Shown: positions 10,475 through 19,022 of the stretch, in pieces
How positions within the stretch are numbered: position 1 is the first letter of the stretch
Layout: every line of letters begins with the position of its first letter
Source of the DNA: Planctomycetota bacterium
Lineage (GTDB): Bacteria; Planctomycetota; Planctomycetia; Planctomycetales; Planctomycetaceae
Reading direction: 5' to 3'
Assembly: GCA_052034165.1 (NCBI GenBank)
Contig: JBPOIW010000061.1
Coordinates: forward strand, 19,336 to 83,335
Length of the DNA stretch: 64,000 nucleotides
Position numbers and translations under genes: made by a program
Notes under the pieces: model-generated
The model's database searches: none
What the model was told of the DNA's origin: nothing
Seen by the model: only the letters and a program-made list of their open reading frames with translations

Positions 10475-11592
10475 CTGTCGGTCACTTGCAACAAGCTTCG
10501 CAATCGTTGTGCAACGATCGCGGGTCCATTTTCCGAAAGTCCCAGTCCACTTGGCAAGTAGAATCCATACTCAGCGAGTAACTCGGCATTTGGGAACTCA
10601 CATCTCTCAAACAGTCCCATCGAGCGGAAGACCGGTTGTTGATGCAAAGGAAAAAAGAACGGACGCGTGCCGATCTTTTGCGTGGCTAATTGTGAGATCA
10701 ACACGGATGCTGGGACTTGTCTTGCCCTATCGAGAACAATCCCAAACACCCAATATATGTTGTCAGCGTAATCCGTTCTTGCCAGCGGCAACTGAATCCC
10801 TCGAGCCGCTTGCAACAGATCTTGGTACTTAGCACCTATTTGGCGTTTGATCAAAACATGCTCGCCAAGCTTTTCTAACTGCGCAAGCCCGAGTGCGGCC
10901 TGCATGTTTGTCATGCGGTAATTCCAACCGAGTTCTTCGTGAACGAATCGGCGACCGGGTTGAAAACAGAGGTTGCGAAGCCGTCGGCAATGTTCAGCAA
11001 CATCATCATCGTCAGTAACGACCATCCCGCCCTCGCCGCAGGTAATATGCTTGTTTGGATAGAAGCTGAAGGTGCTTAGCAGGCCAAAGCTGCCGCACGG
11101 TTTTCCCCGATAGGTTTGGCCGTGCATTTCGGCGGCATCTTCAATGATGACCAGTCCATGTCGCTTTGCAATCTCGAGTACCGGATCCATATCGACTGGT
11201 AGGCCATAGATATGGACTACCAAAATCGCTTTCGTCTTTGAATTAATCTTCTCTTCGATTTGATTTACGTCCATATTCCAAGTCACCGGGTCGCTATCGA
11301 CCAACACGGGAATCCCGCCAGCTCGCACCACAGACGCGGCTGGCGAGATGATGGTAAACGCCGGCATGATCACTTCATCGCCAGGGCCGATCTTCGCCGC
11401 CACAACGGCAATATCCAAAGCGCCAGATCCATTGGCGACCGCGATACCGTGCTTGCGATTGACGACTTTTGCAAATTCGTTCTCGAATCGCTCAACAAAC
11501 GGGCCTTCGCTGCTAATCCAGCCGGAATCGATGCATTCCAGTAGGTATTTGCGTTCATTGCCGTCAAGCAGAGGCGTGTTTACAGGGATCAT
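10471..11592 (-). CDS. DegT/DnrJ/EryC1/StrS family sugar aminotransferase
   Basis: MIPVNTPLLDGNERKYL start (ATG 11590-11592; the longer ORF to 11676 is probably an extension). The PLP-lysine block is FSFYPNKHITCGEGGMVV. Confidence 0.85.
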   Translation of the reverse strand: MIPVNTPLLDGNERKYLLECIDSGWISSEGPFVERFENEFAKVVNRKHGIAVANGSGALDIAVVAAKIGPGDEVIMPAFTIISPAASVVRAGGIPVLVDSDPVTWNMDVNQIEEKINSKTKAILVVHIYGLPVDMDPVLEIAKRHGLVIIEDAAEMHGQTYRGKPCGSFGLLSTFSFYPNKHITCGEGGMVVTDDDDVAEHCRRLRNLCFQPGRRFVHEELGWNYRMTNMQAALGLAQLEKLGEHVLIKRQIGAKYQDLLQAARGIQLPLARTDYADNIYWVFGIVLDRARQVPASVLISQLATQKIGTRPFFFPLHQQPVFRSMGLFERCEFPNAELLAEYGFYLPSGLGLSENGPAIVAQRLRSLLQVTDR

Positions 11593-11647
11593 AATCGACC
11601 AGCTAGTAGCGAAAGAAGAGTAGCGAGAAACAGCCGGGGTTCGGGTA

Positions 11648-12424
11648 TTAGTTTTTTTTCGCGACGAAAGTGACACCCCAGGTTTTCTCGGAGGGCGTGG
11701 CAGAGGTCATCCATTCCTCAGAATGAACGATCCGAAGTCCGTGCATCTCGGCCAGCAACTCCAATTCGGGAGCGAAATAGTAACGCATGTGATGTTGCTC
11801 ACCCAACGTTGACACGGCCCCGGTGGACTTGTCAGTCGCGAGAACTGTGTAGTTCACCTTCACCTGATTGCGATTCATATCGATGGCAGGTTCCGCAAGC
11901 CGAATCACGAAAATTTCGGAATTCTCCATCCGCTTGATCCGAACCGTGGGCAGCATTGAGACCACTGCGGGACCGTACCAGACATCGAAAACAAAGCAAC
12001 CTCGCTGATTCAAATGCATGGCGGCGGTTTCAAACATCTGTTTCACGTCGTCGTTTGATGTTTGATAGCTGACGACGTGAAACAGTGAGAGTACTGCATC
12101 GAATCGCTGATCAACGCGTACGGATCGCGCGTCACCCGGGATTGCTGTAAAGCTACCCTTGGGCGAGCGGGCTGTCGTTGAGCGAACTCGCTCGTTTGCC
12201 TGCTCCAGCATCGTCTCACTGACTTCGACCCCTGTTACACGCAGGCCTGCGTCCGCCAGCAATTCTGCATGGCGACCAGTGCCGCACCCAAGTTCGAGGA
12301 CTGTGAAGCATGAGGGGACAAATCGGGACAGTAAGGCTTGAATGTAACTCGCTTCACCTTTGTAGTCTTTGTCCAGATAAAGGAGATCGTAGTACTGGCT
12401 GTAGGTTCCGAATTGCTTTGTCAT
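11648..12424 (-). CDS. class I SAM methyltransferase, TylM1/DesVI-like (putative NDP-amino-sugar N-methyltransferase)
   Basis: YSQYYDLLYLDKDYKGEASYIQALL...VLELGCGTGRHAELL...VTGVEVSETMLEQA resembles sugar N,N-dimethyltransferases. It lies next to the aminotransferase and isomerase genes. Confidence 0.6.
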   Translation of the reverse strand: MTKQFGTYSQYYDLLYLDKDYKGEASYIQALLSRFVPSCFTVLELGCGTGRHAELLADAGLRVTGVEVSETMLEQANERVRSTTARSPKGSFTAIPGDARSVRVDQRFDAVLSLFHVVSYQTSNDDVKQMFETAAMHLNQRGCFVFDVWYGPAVVSMLPTVRIKRMENSEIFVIRLAEPAIDMNRNQVKVNYTVLATDKSTGAVSTLGEQHHMRYYFAPELELLAEMHGLRIVHSEEWMTSATPSEKTWGVTFVAKKN

Positions 12425-12481
12425 AAATTACCTGTCAGGCTTCAGAGAGCACATTTCCAATAACACGAGTACGCACTAAAT

Positions 12482-12934
12482 TCAAGCCGACGCATTTGCA
12501 CCGCGAACTAATTTCACCGCTTCTGATGGCACTGGATCAAATCGTGTCTTGTCGCGGTCCCCGCAATAGGGTCCTTGCTTAACTTCAATGATTTCGGTTG
12601 GCTCCAGCATTTCGAACCCATGGCCGCCAGCGGCGAGTAGAATCACGTCGCCCGTAGAAACGACTCGGCTTTCTAAGTAATGCTTACCATCGGTAAAAAA
12701 GTCGACTCGTACGCGGCCACTCTTGACAAAGAGCACTTCTTGCGTCCATACGACTGCCCGCTCAACCGGATTGTGAACGTGTGGTGCAATCTTATAGCCC
12801 GTAGGGCGATTCATATACCCTAGTTGCTGTGAAAACATATCCGGTGTAAAGAACTCGATTCCATCTTTTTTAAAACCAGACCGTATAATAATACCGATAG
12901 TCTGGTCCATGTGTTTTACGTGTTCGATATGCAT
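12482..12934 (-). CDS. WxcM/FdtA-like cupin (NDP-4-keto-6-deoxyhexose 3,4-ketoisomerase family)
   Basis: GIEFFTPDMFSQQLGYMNRPTGYKIAPHVHNPVERAVVWTQEVLFVKSGRVRVDFF is a WxcM-like cupin core. The likely start is MHIEHV at 12934. Confidence 0.7.
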   Translation of the reverse strand: MHIEHVKHMDQTIGIIIRSGFKKDGIEFFTPDMFSQQLGYMNRPTGYKIAPHVHNPVERAVVWTQEVLFVKSGRVRVDFFTDGKHYLESRVVSTGDVILLAAGGHGFEMLEPTEIIEVKQGPYCGDRDKTRFDPVPSEAVKLVRGANASA

Positions 12935-12936
12935 AT

Positions 12937-13740
12937 TCAACAACGCTCCAGCTGAGATTTTTTCTTGCAAACGAAATAGATCGTCTCCGACGAGTGATAG
13001 TTCATCTTAAACTCGCAAACAATCTGTAAGTTCAGTAGCGACACAGCCTCGCAGAGTAAAGCCCGTGAAATTACTACTGGAAACGCATATTCGGGCGACT
13101 CTCTTCGCCATTTTTGTATAGTTGCAAAGCAAAACTCTGTATCTAAGAACACATCAAATACTAACATTCCCCCAGGCTTTAACACTCGAACGCACTCTTC
13201 CAGATATCCGATCGTCGTAATTAGCGGTAGATAGACAAACACGGCATGGGTATACACTACATCAACAGAGCAATCACAAGACTGAGCGAGCGATTTTCCA
13301 TCCGGAACATGAACGATAAGATTATGCGGCTCTTTGCCAAACGTTGCGCCGAGATAGTTCCGCCATCCACTTGACGTCTCGTAAAGCTCGATATTGCCAG
13401 GTCTCGCCAGCTCAACAACTCGCTCCAAGTACATTCCAGTACCTGGACCGATTTCTAAAATGCGGTCTACGTTTTGAATGGCACCTGCAGCGAGGAGTCG
13501 CTCAATTACAGCGTCACGACGCCTTCCGACTCCTCCAATATTGTTATTTTCCAAGTATTCGCAGAGTGTGACACCAGACTGCCGGGCTGCACTGACGACT
13601 CGCGCTGGGTTAAAGTATCCAAGCCCGATCGGCGTCAGACTAAAGCCAAACTGACGCAAGCAGGCAGTTGTCAATTTGGAGATGCACCTACGTAAAAAAA
13701 CACCGGCTTTCCGAATTAACATTCTGATGCAATTTCCCAT
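12937..13740 (-). CDS. class I SAM-dependent methyltransferase
   Basis: ILEIGPGTGMYLERV motif I and LKPGGMLVFDVF post-motif. It overlaps the wzt stop region. Confidence 0.7.
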   Translation of the reverse strand: MGNCIRMLIRKAGVFLRRCISKLTTACLRQFGFSLTPIGLGYFNPARVVSAARQSGVTLCEYLENNNIGGVGRRRDAVIERLLAAGAIQNVDRILEIGPGTGMYLERVVELARPGNIELYETSSGWRNYLGATFGKEPHNLIVHVPDGKSLAQSCDCSVDVVYTHAVFVYLPLITTIGYLEECVRVLKPGGMLVFDVFLDTEFCFATIQKWRRESPEYAFPVVISRALLCEAVSLLNLQIVCEFKMNYHSSETIYFVCKKKSQLERC

Positions 13741-14984
13741 TTTACATCCGGTCGGACAATCCCTGGAGTACTACCGGACCATCCAAGTTGTAATACCTTA
13801 TGCTTCACTTCAAACTGCAAAATGTCATCTTCATTTACCACGAAGACGGAATAATCTCGCGAGATCCGAATCGATATAGAGTGAGACCCGTCATTAAAAA
13901 TATAAGCCGGAATCAAAAAACTCACCCGGTGAGTTCCTGCAGTGTATTCACGAGCTTCGGTAAAAGAACAGAAGAGCAGCGTCCCGGTCAACGTGTAGAC
14001 GAACATTTCGATCGCCACTGACTTCAGGGGATTCTGGAACCGAGCCTGACAACTAACTTCTATTGGAAGTGACCCATCCAACTCAGATTCTCGATCACAC
14101 GCCGGGCGGTTCCATATTCGCGCTTGAAGAAGTGCCACCTCCATAAGTGTGTTAAGGTCTGTCTTTTCCCAATTATGGCGGAGCGCGCTTCGGGAACGTG
14201 TAAGATATTGATCGATAATCTGTGCACTTGGACCGACAGATCTCAACTGTCCTAGTTCCAAGAACAGGCAGGTTTCGCACAGGCTTTGAATAGCCGCCAT
14301 GTTATGACTAACAAAAAGAATTGTCCTACCACTGGAAGCAACATCCGTCATCTTTCCCAGACACTTCTTCTGAAACTCTGCATCTCCAACTGCTAGGACT
14401 TCATCAACGACAAGAATCTCAGGGTCCAAATGTGCAGCCACGGCAAATGCGAGCCGTACGTACATCCCGCTGCTGTAGCGTTTCACCGGAGTATCCAAGA
14501 ACTTTGCCACGCCCGCAAATTCAACAATCTCATCAAATTTGCGTTTAATCTCCGCTCGGCTCATCCCAAGAATCGCGCCGTTAAGAAAGATGTTCTCTCG
14601 ACCGGTCAACTCTGGATGAAAACCTGTCCCGACTTCCAGCAGACTGGCCACTCGGCCTCGCAGCGTCACTCGACCACTGGTTGGCTCCGTAATCCGGCTC
14701 AGGATCTTCAACAACGTACTCTTCCCAGCACCGTTGCGGCCGATAATTCCGACCACTTCGCCTTCATTCACCTCAAACGAAACGTCTTTGAGCGCCCAGA
14801 ATTCTTCCTCTGTAGACGATGGGCGGAGGGCGTTGGGCGTTAGGCGGGAAAACAGTTGGCGGGGGTAGGATAGCAATTCTTCACTGAGGCGACGGTAACC
14901 GCCAGCCCGGCCATTGCTCCCAGCTTGATGGGAGATGGTGTAGGACTTGGATAAGCCTTCAACGGAGATTATTGGGGAAGTCAT
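13716..14984 (-). CDS. wzt: polysaccharide/O-antigen ABC transporter ATP-binding protein with C-terminal extension
   Basis: Walker A GRNGAGKST, signature YSSGMYVRLAF and Walker B ILVVDEVL. An extra C-terminal domain of about 170 aa resembles the glycan-binding domain of Wzt proteins. Confidence 0.85.
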   Translation of the reverse strand: MTSPIISVEGLSKSYTISHQAGSNGRAGGYRRLSEELLSYPRQLFSRLTPNALRPSSTEEEFWALKDVSFEVNEGEVVGIIGRNGAGKSTLLKILSRITEPTSGRVTLRGRVASLLEVGTGFHPELTGRENIFLNGAILGMSRAEIKRKFDEIVEFAGVAKFLDTPVKRYSSGMYVRLAFAVAAHLDPEILVVDEVLAVGDAEFQKKCLGKMTDVASSGRTILFVSHNMAAIQSLCETCLFLELGQLRSVGPSAQIIDQYLTRSRSALRHNWEKTDLNTLMEVALLQARIWNRPACDRESELDGSLPIEVSCQARFQNPLKSVAIEMFVYTLTGTLLFCSFTEAREYTAGTHRVSFLIPAYIFNDGSHSISIRISRDYSVFVVNEDDILQFEVKHKVLQLGWSGSTPGIVRPDVKWEIASEC

Positions 14985-15080
14985 AGGGTTTACAGTTGGC
15001 AGTCGTCAGTTGGCAGTGGAGTACACGAAAACAAGTTGAGAATCATCAATTGGAAGTTGCCGTCTACTGCCAACTCTGCC
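14985..15080. repeat. word-repeat filler (CAGTTGGCAG family)
   Basis: CAGTTGGCAGTCGTCAGTTGGCAGTGG at the left end and the inverted word ACTGCCAACTCTGCC at the right end. It fills the gap between the wzt start and the 4HB stop. Confidence 0.7.
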
Positions 15081-15425
15081 TTACTTTCTGATGGATCGAA
15101 TTAGACCTTGGACCATTGCGGCAAGCTCTTTCGTTTCTTGATACCAAGCTTTACCAACTTCTTCCGTTATGAATCCAACTTTCATTCCAACAATCGTCTG
15201 TGTCCGCACTTCGCCACATGAGCCTCGGGCGTAGTCCAAAAACTTACATTGATCAGCAGGTGTGGATCGTTCCAGGCCTTCGGCGATATTCGAAGGTATG
15301 GACAAGCCTGCTCGTGTGATTTGGTCGCGAAACCCAAAGTCGCGAAGATCCCTGGTGTTGGCGTAGATAGCCGCACTCAGTTCAACCGATCGCTTCCATA
15401 CTTCTAAATCTTCGAAACCAGCCAT
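15081..15425 (-). CDS. four-helix-bundle protein (23S rRNA intervening-sequence protein / Avd-like family)
   Basis: MAGFEDLEVWKRSVELSAAIY...IPSNIAEGLERSTPADQCKFLDYARGSCGEVRTQ is the family signature (NIAEG ... GS..E). It is inserted between wzt and wzm. Confidence 0.85.
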   Translation of the reverse strand: MAGFEDLEVWKRSVELSAAIYANTRDLRDFGFRDQITRAGLSIPSNIAEGLERSTPADQCKFLDYARGSCGEVRTQTIVGMKVGFITEEVGKAWYQETKELAAMVQGLIRSIRK

Positions 15426-15501
15426 GTAAAAAAGAGTAGCAAATAATCAGTGATAAGTAGCCAGTAATCACGACTGAAAACTGATAGCTGCCAACGGACG
15501 A
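15426..15501. repeat. AT-rich word-repeat filler
   Basis: GTAGCAAATAATCAGTGATAAGTAGCCAGTAATCAC words, then TAGCTGCCAAC, the inverse of the GTTGGCAG word on the other side of the 4HB gene. Confidence 0.6.
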
Positions 15502-16326
15502 CTAAATGAGATCTGCAAACCGCTTTTCCATGCTGCGGAATTGTTTGATGCCGAGCCAGAGGAAGAACACTGTCACGCCGATGCTGGCGGCGAAGCCGGG
15601 CCAGTAGATGCTGGATTCGCCAAGGATGCACCAGCGAAAGCCATCGATCACGCCGACAACGGGATTCAGCGAATACAACAGACGCCATTTCTCTGGGATG
15701 ACGGAACTGCTGAACCCAACCGGGGAAACGTACAAGCCGAACTGCACCAGAAAGGGAATGATGTACCGAAAGTCGCGATACTTGACATTCAGGGCCGTGA
15801 TCCAGAGACTCGGGCCAAGGCTTGCAAAGAACGCAAGCAGCACAAAAAATGGCAGAAGCAGTACTTGCCATCCAGGCAGCCACTGATACCAAATCATCAT
15901 TGCCACAAGCAAAGAGAAGCTGATCAGAAAATCCACCAACGCGACAATGATAGTTGCTGCCGGGACGATCAGTCGCGGGAAATAGACTTTGCTGATCAAA
16001 TTCGCGTTTGAGATCAGACTGTTCGATGCGTCAGACAATGCTGTGGAGAAAAAAGTCCATGGCAGCATGCCCGCGAATACCAACAGGGCATATGGCGCGT
16101 TACCTTCGCTTGGTAGCTTCGCAACTTTTCCAAAAATAAACGTAAAAACAACCATCGTCAAGAATGGCCGAATAACTGCCCACGCGACGCCAATAACTGT
16201 TTGTTTGTACCGAACCGAGACGTCTCGCCAAGCCAGTACTTGAAAGAGTTCGCGGTACCGCCACAGGTCTCGCCAATAGTTCTTTTCAGCGCGACCAGCT
16301 TCAAGTATGAGTTCGTAGTTAGACAA
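15502..16326 (-). CDS. wzm: ABC-2 type polysaccharide export permease
   Basis: 274 aa, about 6 hydrophobic spans, with an ABC-2 permease N-terminus (YRELFQVLAWRDVSVRYKQTVIGVAWAVIRP). Confidence 0.85.
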   Translation of the reverse strand: MSNYELILEAGRAEKNYWRDLWRYRELFQVLAWRDVSVRYKQTVIGVAWAVIRPFLTMVVFTFIFGKVAKLPSEGNAPYALLVFAGMLPWTFFSTALSDASNSLISNANLISKVYFPRLIVPAATIIVALVDFLISFSLLVAMMIWYQWLPGWQVLLLPFFVLLAFFASLGPSLWITALNVKYRDFRYIIPFLVQFGLYVSPVGFSSSVIPEKWRLLYSLNPVVGVIDGFRWCILGESSIYWPGFAASIGVTVFFLWLGIKQFRSMEKRFADLI

Positions 16327-16374
16327 GCGGGAACCTAAACGATTGGAACAAACAAAAGAAACCGTGGTCGAATG

Positions 16375-17136
16375 TCACCGATTTATGTGGGTACTTAGTA
16401 CAGAATGGCCAAGCCAACTTGAGCGAAATCGTTCACGCGACTCTCGATGCAACTCAACCGATGACGCAATCAAGCTTGGCGAGATCTCTCTCAGCCCTGG
16501 CACGAACACTTGACATTGCAGTGCTCGCTTGTGCGAAGAATCCGAAGCGGCGAATGAGATGATAGGCCGAAGTCGGTCTCCAACTTTGCTGAGGTAGTCG
16601 TCACCCCTTGCATTCAGACGCGGCAGATCAACTCCGGGCGCCGTCGCCCAAAGACCATCTTCAAAGAACACTGAGAATACAAGAATTGCCTGTTCTCCAG
16701 ATTCCATCTTCATCTTTGCGACAGCATACGTTCCACCTGTGTCCGAGTGCTGAAGCACTTCGCGGCTATCGATCGTCCATCCCAAACCCGTATAGCAATA
16801 GGTAAGCTCATGCCAATTTGTTTCACCGAGCTGATCAAACGACACGAGTGCCGTTGTTCTATCTTTCTGATACTGCCATTGATGCACCCACCAAAACTGC
16901 CCTTCTGGTAACTCTTCCACCGGTGGGGCCGGGATGAATTTGGTTCTCGTCCAGCCCGCCAGTTCCGCTGGCAATGCGTCTTCATTGAGTACCAAGTCAC
17001 CTCGGCTCGGGCCGGGCTTTTCACGTCCTGCCCCAGTCGGCCGAGCAAATGTTTGCAGCAGGCCCATGCCGATGATCACGGCGAAGAGACAGAGGGAGGT
17101 TTTGGCATTGGGCGCTAGGCGTTCGGCGGTGGGCAC
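16375..17136 (-). CDS. membrane-anchored hypothetical protein, possibly EpsI-like (exosortase-associated)
   Basis: N-terminal anchor SLCLFAVIIGMGLL and a WHELTYCYTGLGWTI block reminiscent of EpsI. It has a GTG start, and the first ~11 codons are encoded by GGCNTTGGGC word repeats. Confidence 0.5.
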   Translation of the reverse strand: MPTAERLAPNAKTSLCLFAVIIGMGLLQTFARPTGAGREKPGPSRGDLVLNEDALPAELAGWTRTKFIPAPPVEELPEGQFWWVHQWQYQKDRTTALVSFDQLGETNWHELTYCYTGLGWTIDSREVLQHSDTGGTYAVAKMKMESGEQAILVFSVFFEDGLWATAPGVDLPRLNARGDDYLSKVGDRLRPIISFAASDSSHKRALQCQVFVPGLREISPSLIASSVELHRESRERFRSSWLGHSVLSTHINR

Positions 17137-17309
17137 AGAGAACAGGCTTTAGGCGGTAGGCGTTGGGCACGAAAATGGGCGTTGGGCGCGAAACAGGCGT
17201 TGGGACTGGAGTAGTGTTCAGCTATTCGCTATTTACTATTTACTAGTCACCAGTTACCAGTGTTCAGTTGGCTTTGGGCTTTGGGCGGGGAGCAGTGTTC
17301 AGCTATTCC
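17137..17309. repeat. word-repeat array, family A
   Basis: Tandem degenerate 8-mers (GGCTTTAGGC, GGTAGGCGTTGGGC, GGCTTTGGGCTTTGGGC) plus two copies of AGTGTTCAGCTATTC(G/C)CTATTTAC(T/C)ATTTA. Confidence 0.8.
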
Positions 17310-17453
17310 CTATTTACCATTTAGCGGAATGCCAAAAACCTCCAATTGCTGGCCGAGACTCACTGCCGCCTGCAGAATGTTGTTAAGCCCAGCTTTGCCG
17401 TCCGGCTTGCTGGATACCAGCTCACCTTCTAGTCGCTTTCTGCGTTTTGCCAC
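17310..17453 (-). pseudogene. remnant (first ~45 codons) of a nucleotidyltransferase-fold gene
   Basis: From the GTG start the translation MAKRRKRLEGELVSSKPDGKAGLNNILQAAVSLGQQLEVFGIP matches the N-terminus of 20477..20836. The frame then runs into the CTATTTACCATTTA word and stops. Confidence 0.6.
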
Positions 17454-17650
17454 TTCTTCATCCAGACCTGGAACTGTCTCAACCCGGAGTCCGCTCTTGA
17501 TTCGGTCGGGATCTCAACGCCAAGCCATGTCGCCTGCAGTGTCGCGACAGTGTCGCTAAGTCCTCGAAGTTCTTCGTTGCGGATTCGCTCCAGTTCCGGG
17601 CCAGCTCGACGCCAGGCAGCCATCCATTGTTTTTCGAGGTCTGTGGGCAT
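17429..17650 (-). CDS. 73-aa hypothetical protein (paralog of 20812..21033)
   Basis: 63 of 73 residues are identical to the second copy. Its 3' end overlaps the GTG start of the downstream NTase remnant out of frame. Confidence 0.6.
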   Translation of the reverse strand: MPTDLEKQWMAAWRRAGPELERIRNEELRGLSDTVATLQATWLGVEIPTESRADSGLRQFQVWMKKWQNAESD

Positions 17651-17792
17651 GGGGACGTTTTCAGGCAGTAGGCAATTGTCAGCTATTCCCTATTCGCTAT
17701 TTACCATTTACTAGTCGCCATTTACCCGTGTTCAGGGGGCGTTGGGCGTTGGGCTTTAGGCTTTGGTTCCTGACCCTTTTTCCAAACTTGTT
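17651..17792. repeat. word-repeat array, family A
   Basis: TTGTCAGCTATTCCCTATTCGCTATTTACCATTTACTAGTCGCCATTTACCCGTGTTCAG followed by GGCGTTGGGCGTTGGGCTTTAGGCTTTGG. Confidence 0.8.
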
Positions 17793-18344
17793 CTAAAACA
17801 GGTCTTTCAGGTTCAAGACGGCGGATTGCTGAAACGCTGGTGACAGGCTGTGTTCGACCGTGCAGACAAATCGTTTTCGATAATCATCGCCGTGGGGCTC
17901 ACGGTGCACGTGGATACAAGTGGCCTGCGAGTCCACAATCCAGTATTCCCTGATCCCGGCTTCCGCGTACAATCGACGTTTCGTTTCCAAATCGTACGCC
18001 AAACTACTGTAAGAGACTTCTATCGCCAGTTGCACGTCAATCGCCTGAGGGTGCCCGTTGCGGTATCTGGCCGCTCGAATCCACATGATGTCCGGCTCAG
18101 GACGTGATTCCAACTCTGGCAAATCCAGGCCCGTCTGAGATGTAATAAGCGTTTTCGCCGGATCTGCGTTCCTTACCGACCAGTTGTTGAGGTACGTAAT
18201 CAGATCATCATGGATCGGTCCGGCGGGATTCATTTCCAGAAGTTCTCCGCGAATGAGTTCAATCTTCCGTGGAATCGTATCGAATGCACCGACTCGTACC
18301 ATTTGGTCGTACTCGGCAAGGGATAAATGAAGGGTTGTGGGCAT
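17793..18344 (-). CDS. Uma2 family endonuclease (DUF820)
   Basis: ELIRGELLEMNPAGPIHDD...PEPDIMWI...LAIEVSYSSLAYDLETKRRLYAEAGIREYWIVD is the canonical Uma2/PD-(D/E)xK layout. Confidence 0.85.
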   Translation of the reverse strand: MPTTLHLSLAEYDQMVRVGAFDTIPRKIELIRGELLEMNPAGPIHDDLITYLNNWSVRNADPAKTLITSQTGLDLPELESRPEPDIMWIRAARYRNGHPQAIDVQLAIEVSYSSLAYDLETKRRLYAEAGIREYWIVDSQATCIHVHREPHGDDYRKRFVCTVEHSLSPAFQQSAVLNLKDLF

Positions 18345-18490
18345 GGGGATGGTTGTCAGTGTTCAGTGTTCAGTAGGCTTTGGGCTTTGGGCTTTGGGCT
18401 TTGGGGTGCGAAAACGGACTTTAGGCGTTAGGCGGGGAACAGTGTTCAGCTATTCCCTATTCGCTATTTACGAGTTACCAATTACCAAGC
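18345..18490. repeat. word-repeat array, family A
   Basis: CAGTGTTCAGTGTTCAG, GGCTTTGGGC x4, GGACTTTAGGCGTTAGGCGG and CAGTGTTCAGCTATTCCCTATTCGCTATTTACGAGTTACCAATTACC. Confidence 0.8.
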
Positions 18491-18732
18491 CGCGTGACGG
18501 TTGAAAAAGTGCCTGTCGCGGCGCAGACTTCGTTCCTGTCGGTGACCCACGGTGGCGGTCATCGAGGTGTATTTCGGGTGCTTTTTGACGCTTCGCACGG
18601 TAAAGAACAAACCGGCGATTGATGTAAGTGATTCGACGTAAGTTTTCTGAGCTCTGCAATTGTCCTAAACTCAATCAGGGGATTCACATCCCCCGCTCGC
18701 CGAGGCAATGCATCGACGATCAACTTACTCAT
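18468..18732 (-). pseudogene. possible frameshifted small ORF (unknown family)
   Basis: An ATG at 18730-18732 opens a 57-codon frame (MSKLIVDALPRRAGDVNPLIEFRTIAELRKL...) that overlaps the 68-aa ORF 18468..18674 in another frame. A 13-bp palindrome GTCACCTGGTGAC lies about 40 nt upstream. Confidence 0.25.
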
Positions 18733-18860
18733 CTGGAAGTTCCCTACCGTACTCTAAAAAATCAGTCGGTGTCACCTGGTGACCGCTGTCTTCATGTGAA
18801 TTTTGCACGACTGGTGAAACAAAATGCTGTGTGCGGGTATTGAGGGTGGTAAGGGGGCAA

Positions 18861-19022
18861 GTTGGGCTTTGGGCGTTGGGCTTTGGGCATCGCCTACCGA
18901 CAACTGGTAACTCGTAACTGGGGAAGAGCCCGGAGTTTCCCACTGAACACTTGTCTTCTCCTCCATTCCCCATTCCCTGCCTACCGCCCGTCGCCTACCG
19001 CCCATCGCCTACCGCCTACCCT
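18861..19022. repeat. word-repeat array, family A (partly inverted orientation)
   Basis: GGGCTTTGGGCGTTGGGCTTTGGGC, then inverted words CGCCTACCG, AACTGGTAACTCGTAACTGG, CTGAACACT and CATTCCCCATTCCC, then CCTACCGCC x4. The right part encodes the gmd C-terminal tail. Confidence 0.8.

Noticed and set aside
15404-15892. 162-aa ORF 15404..15892 overlapping wzm and the 4HB start
   Set aside because: It is out of frame with the well-supported wzm permease and reads through the AT-rich word filler. It has no motif.
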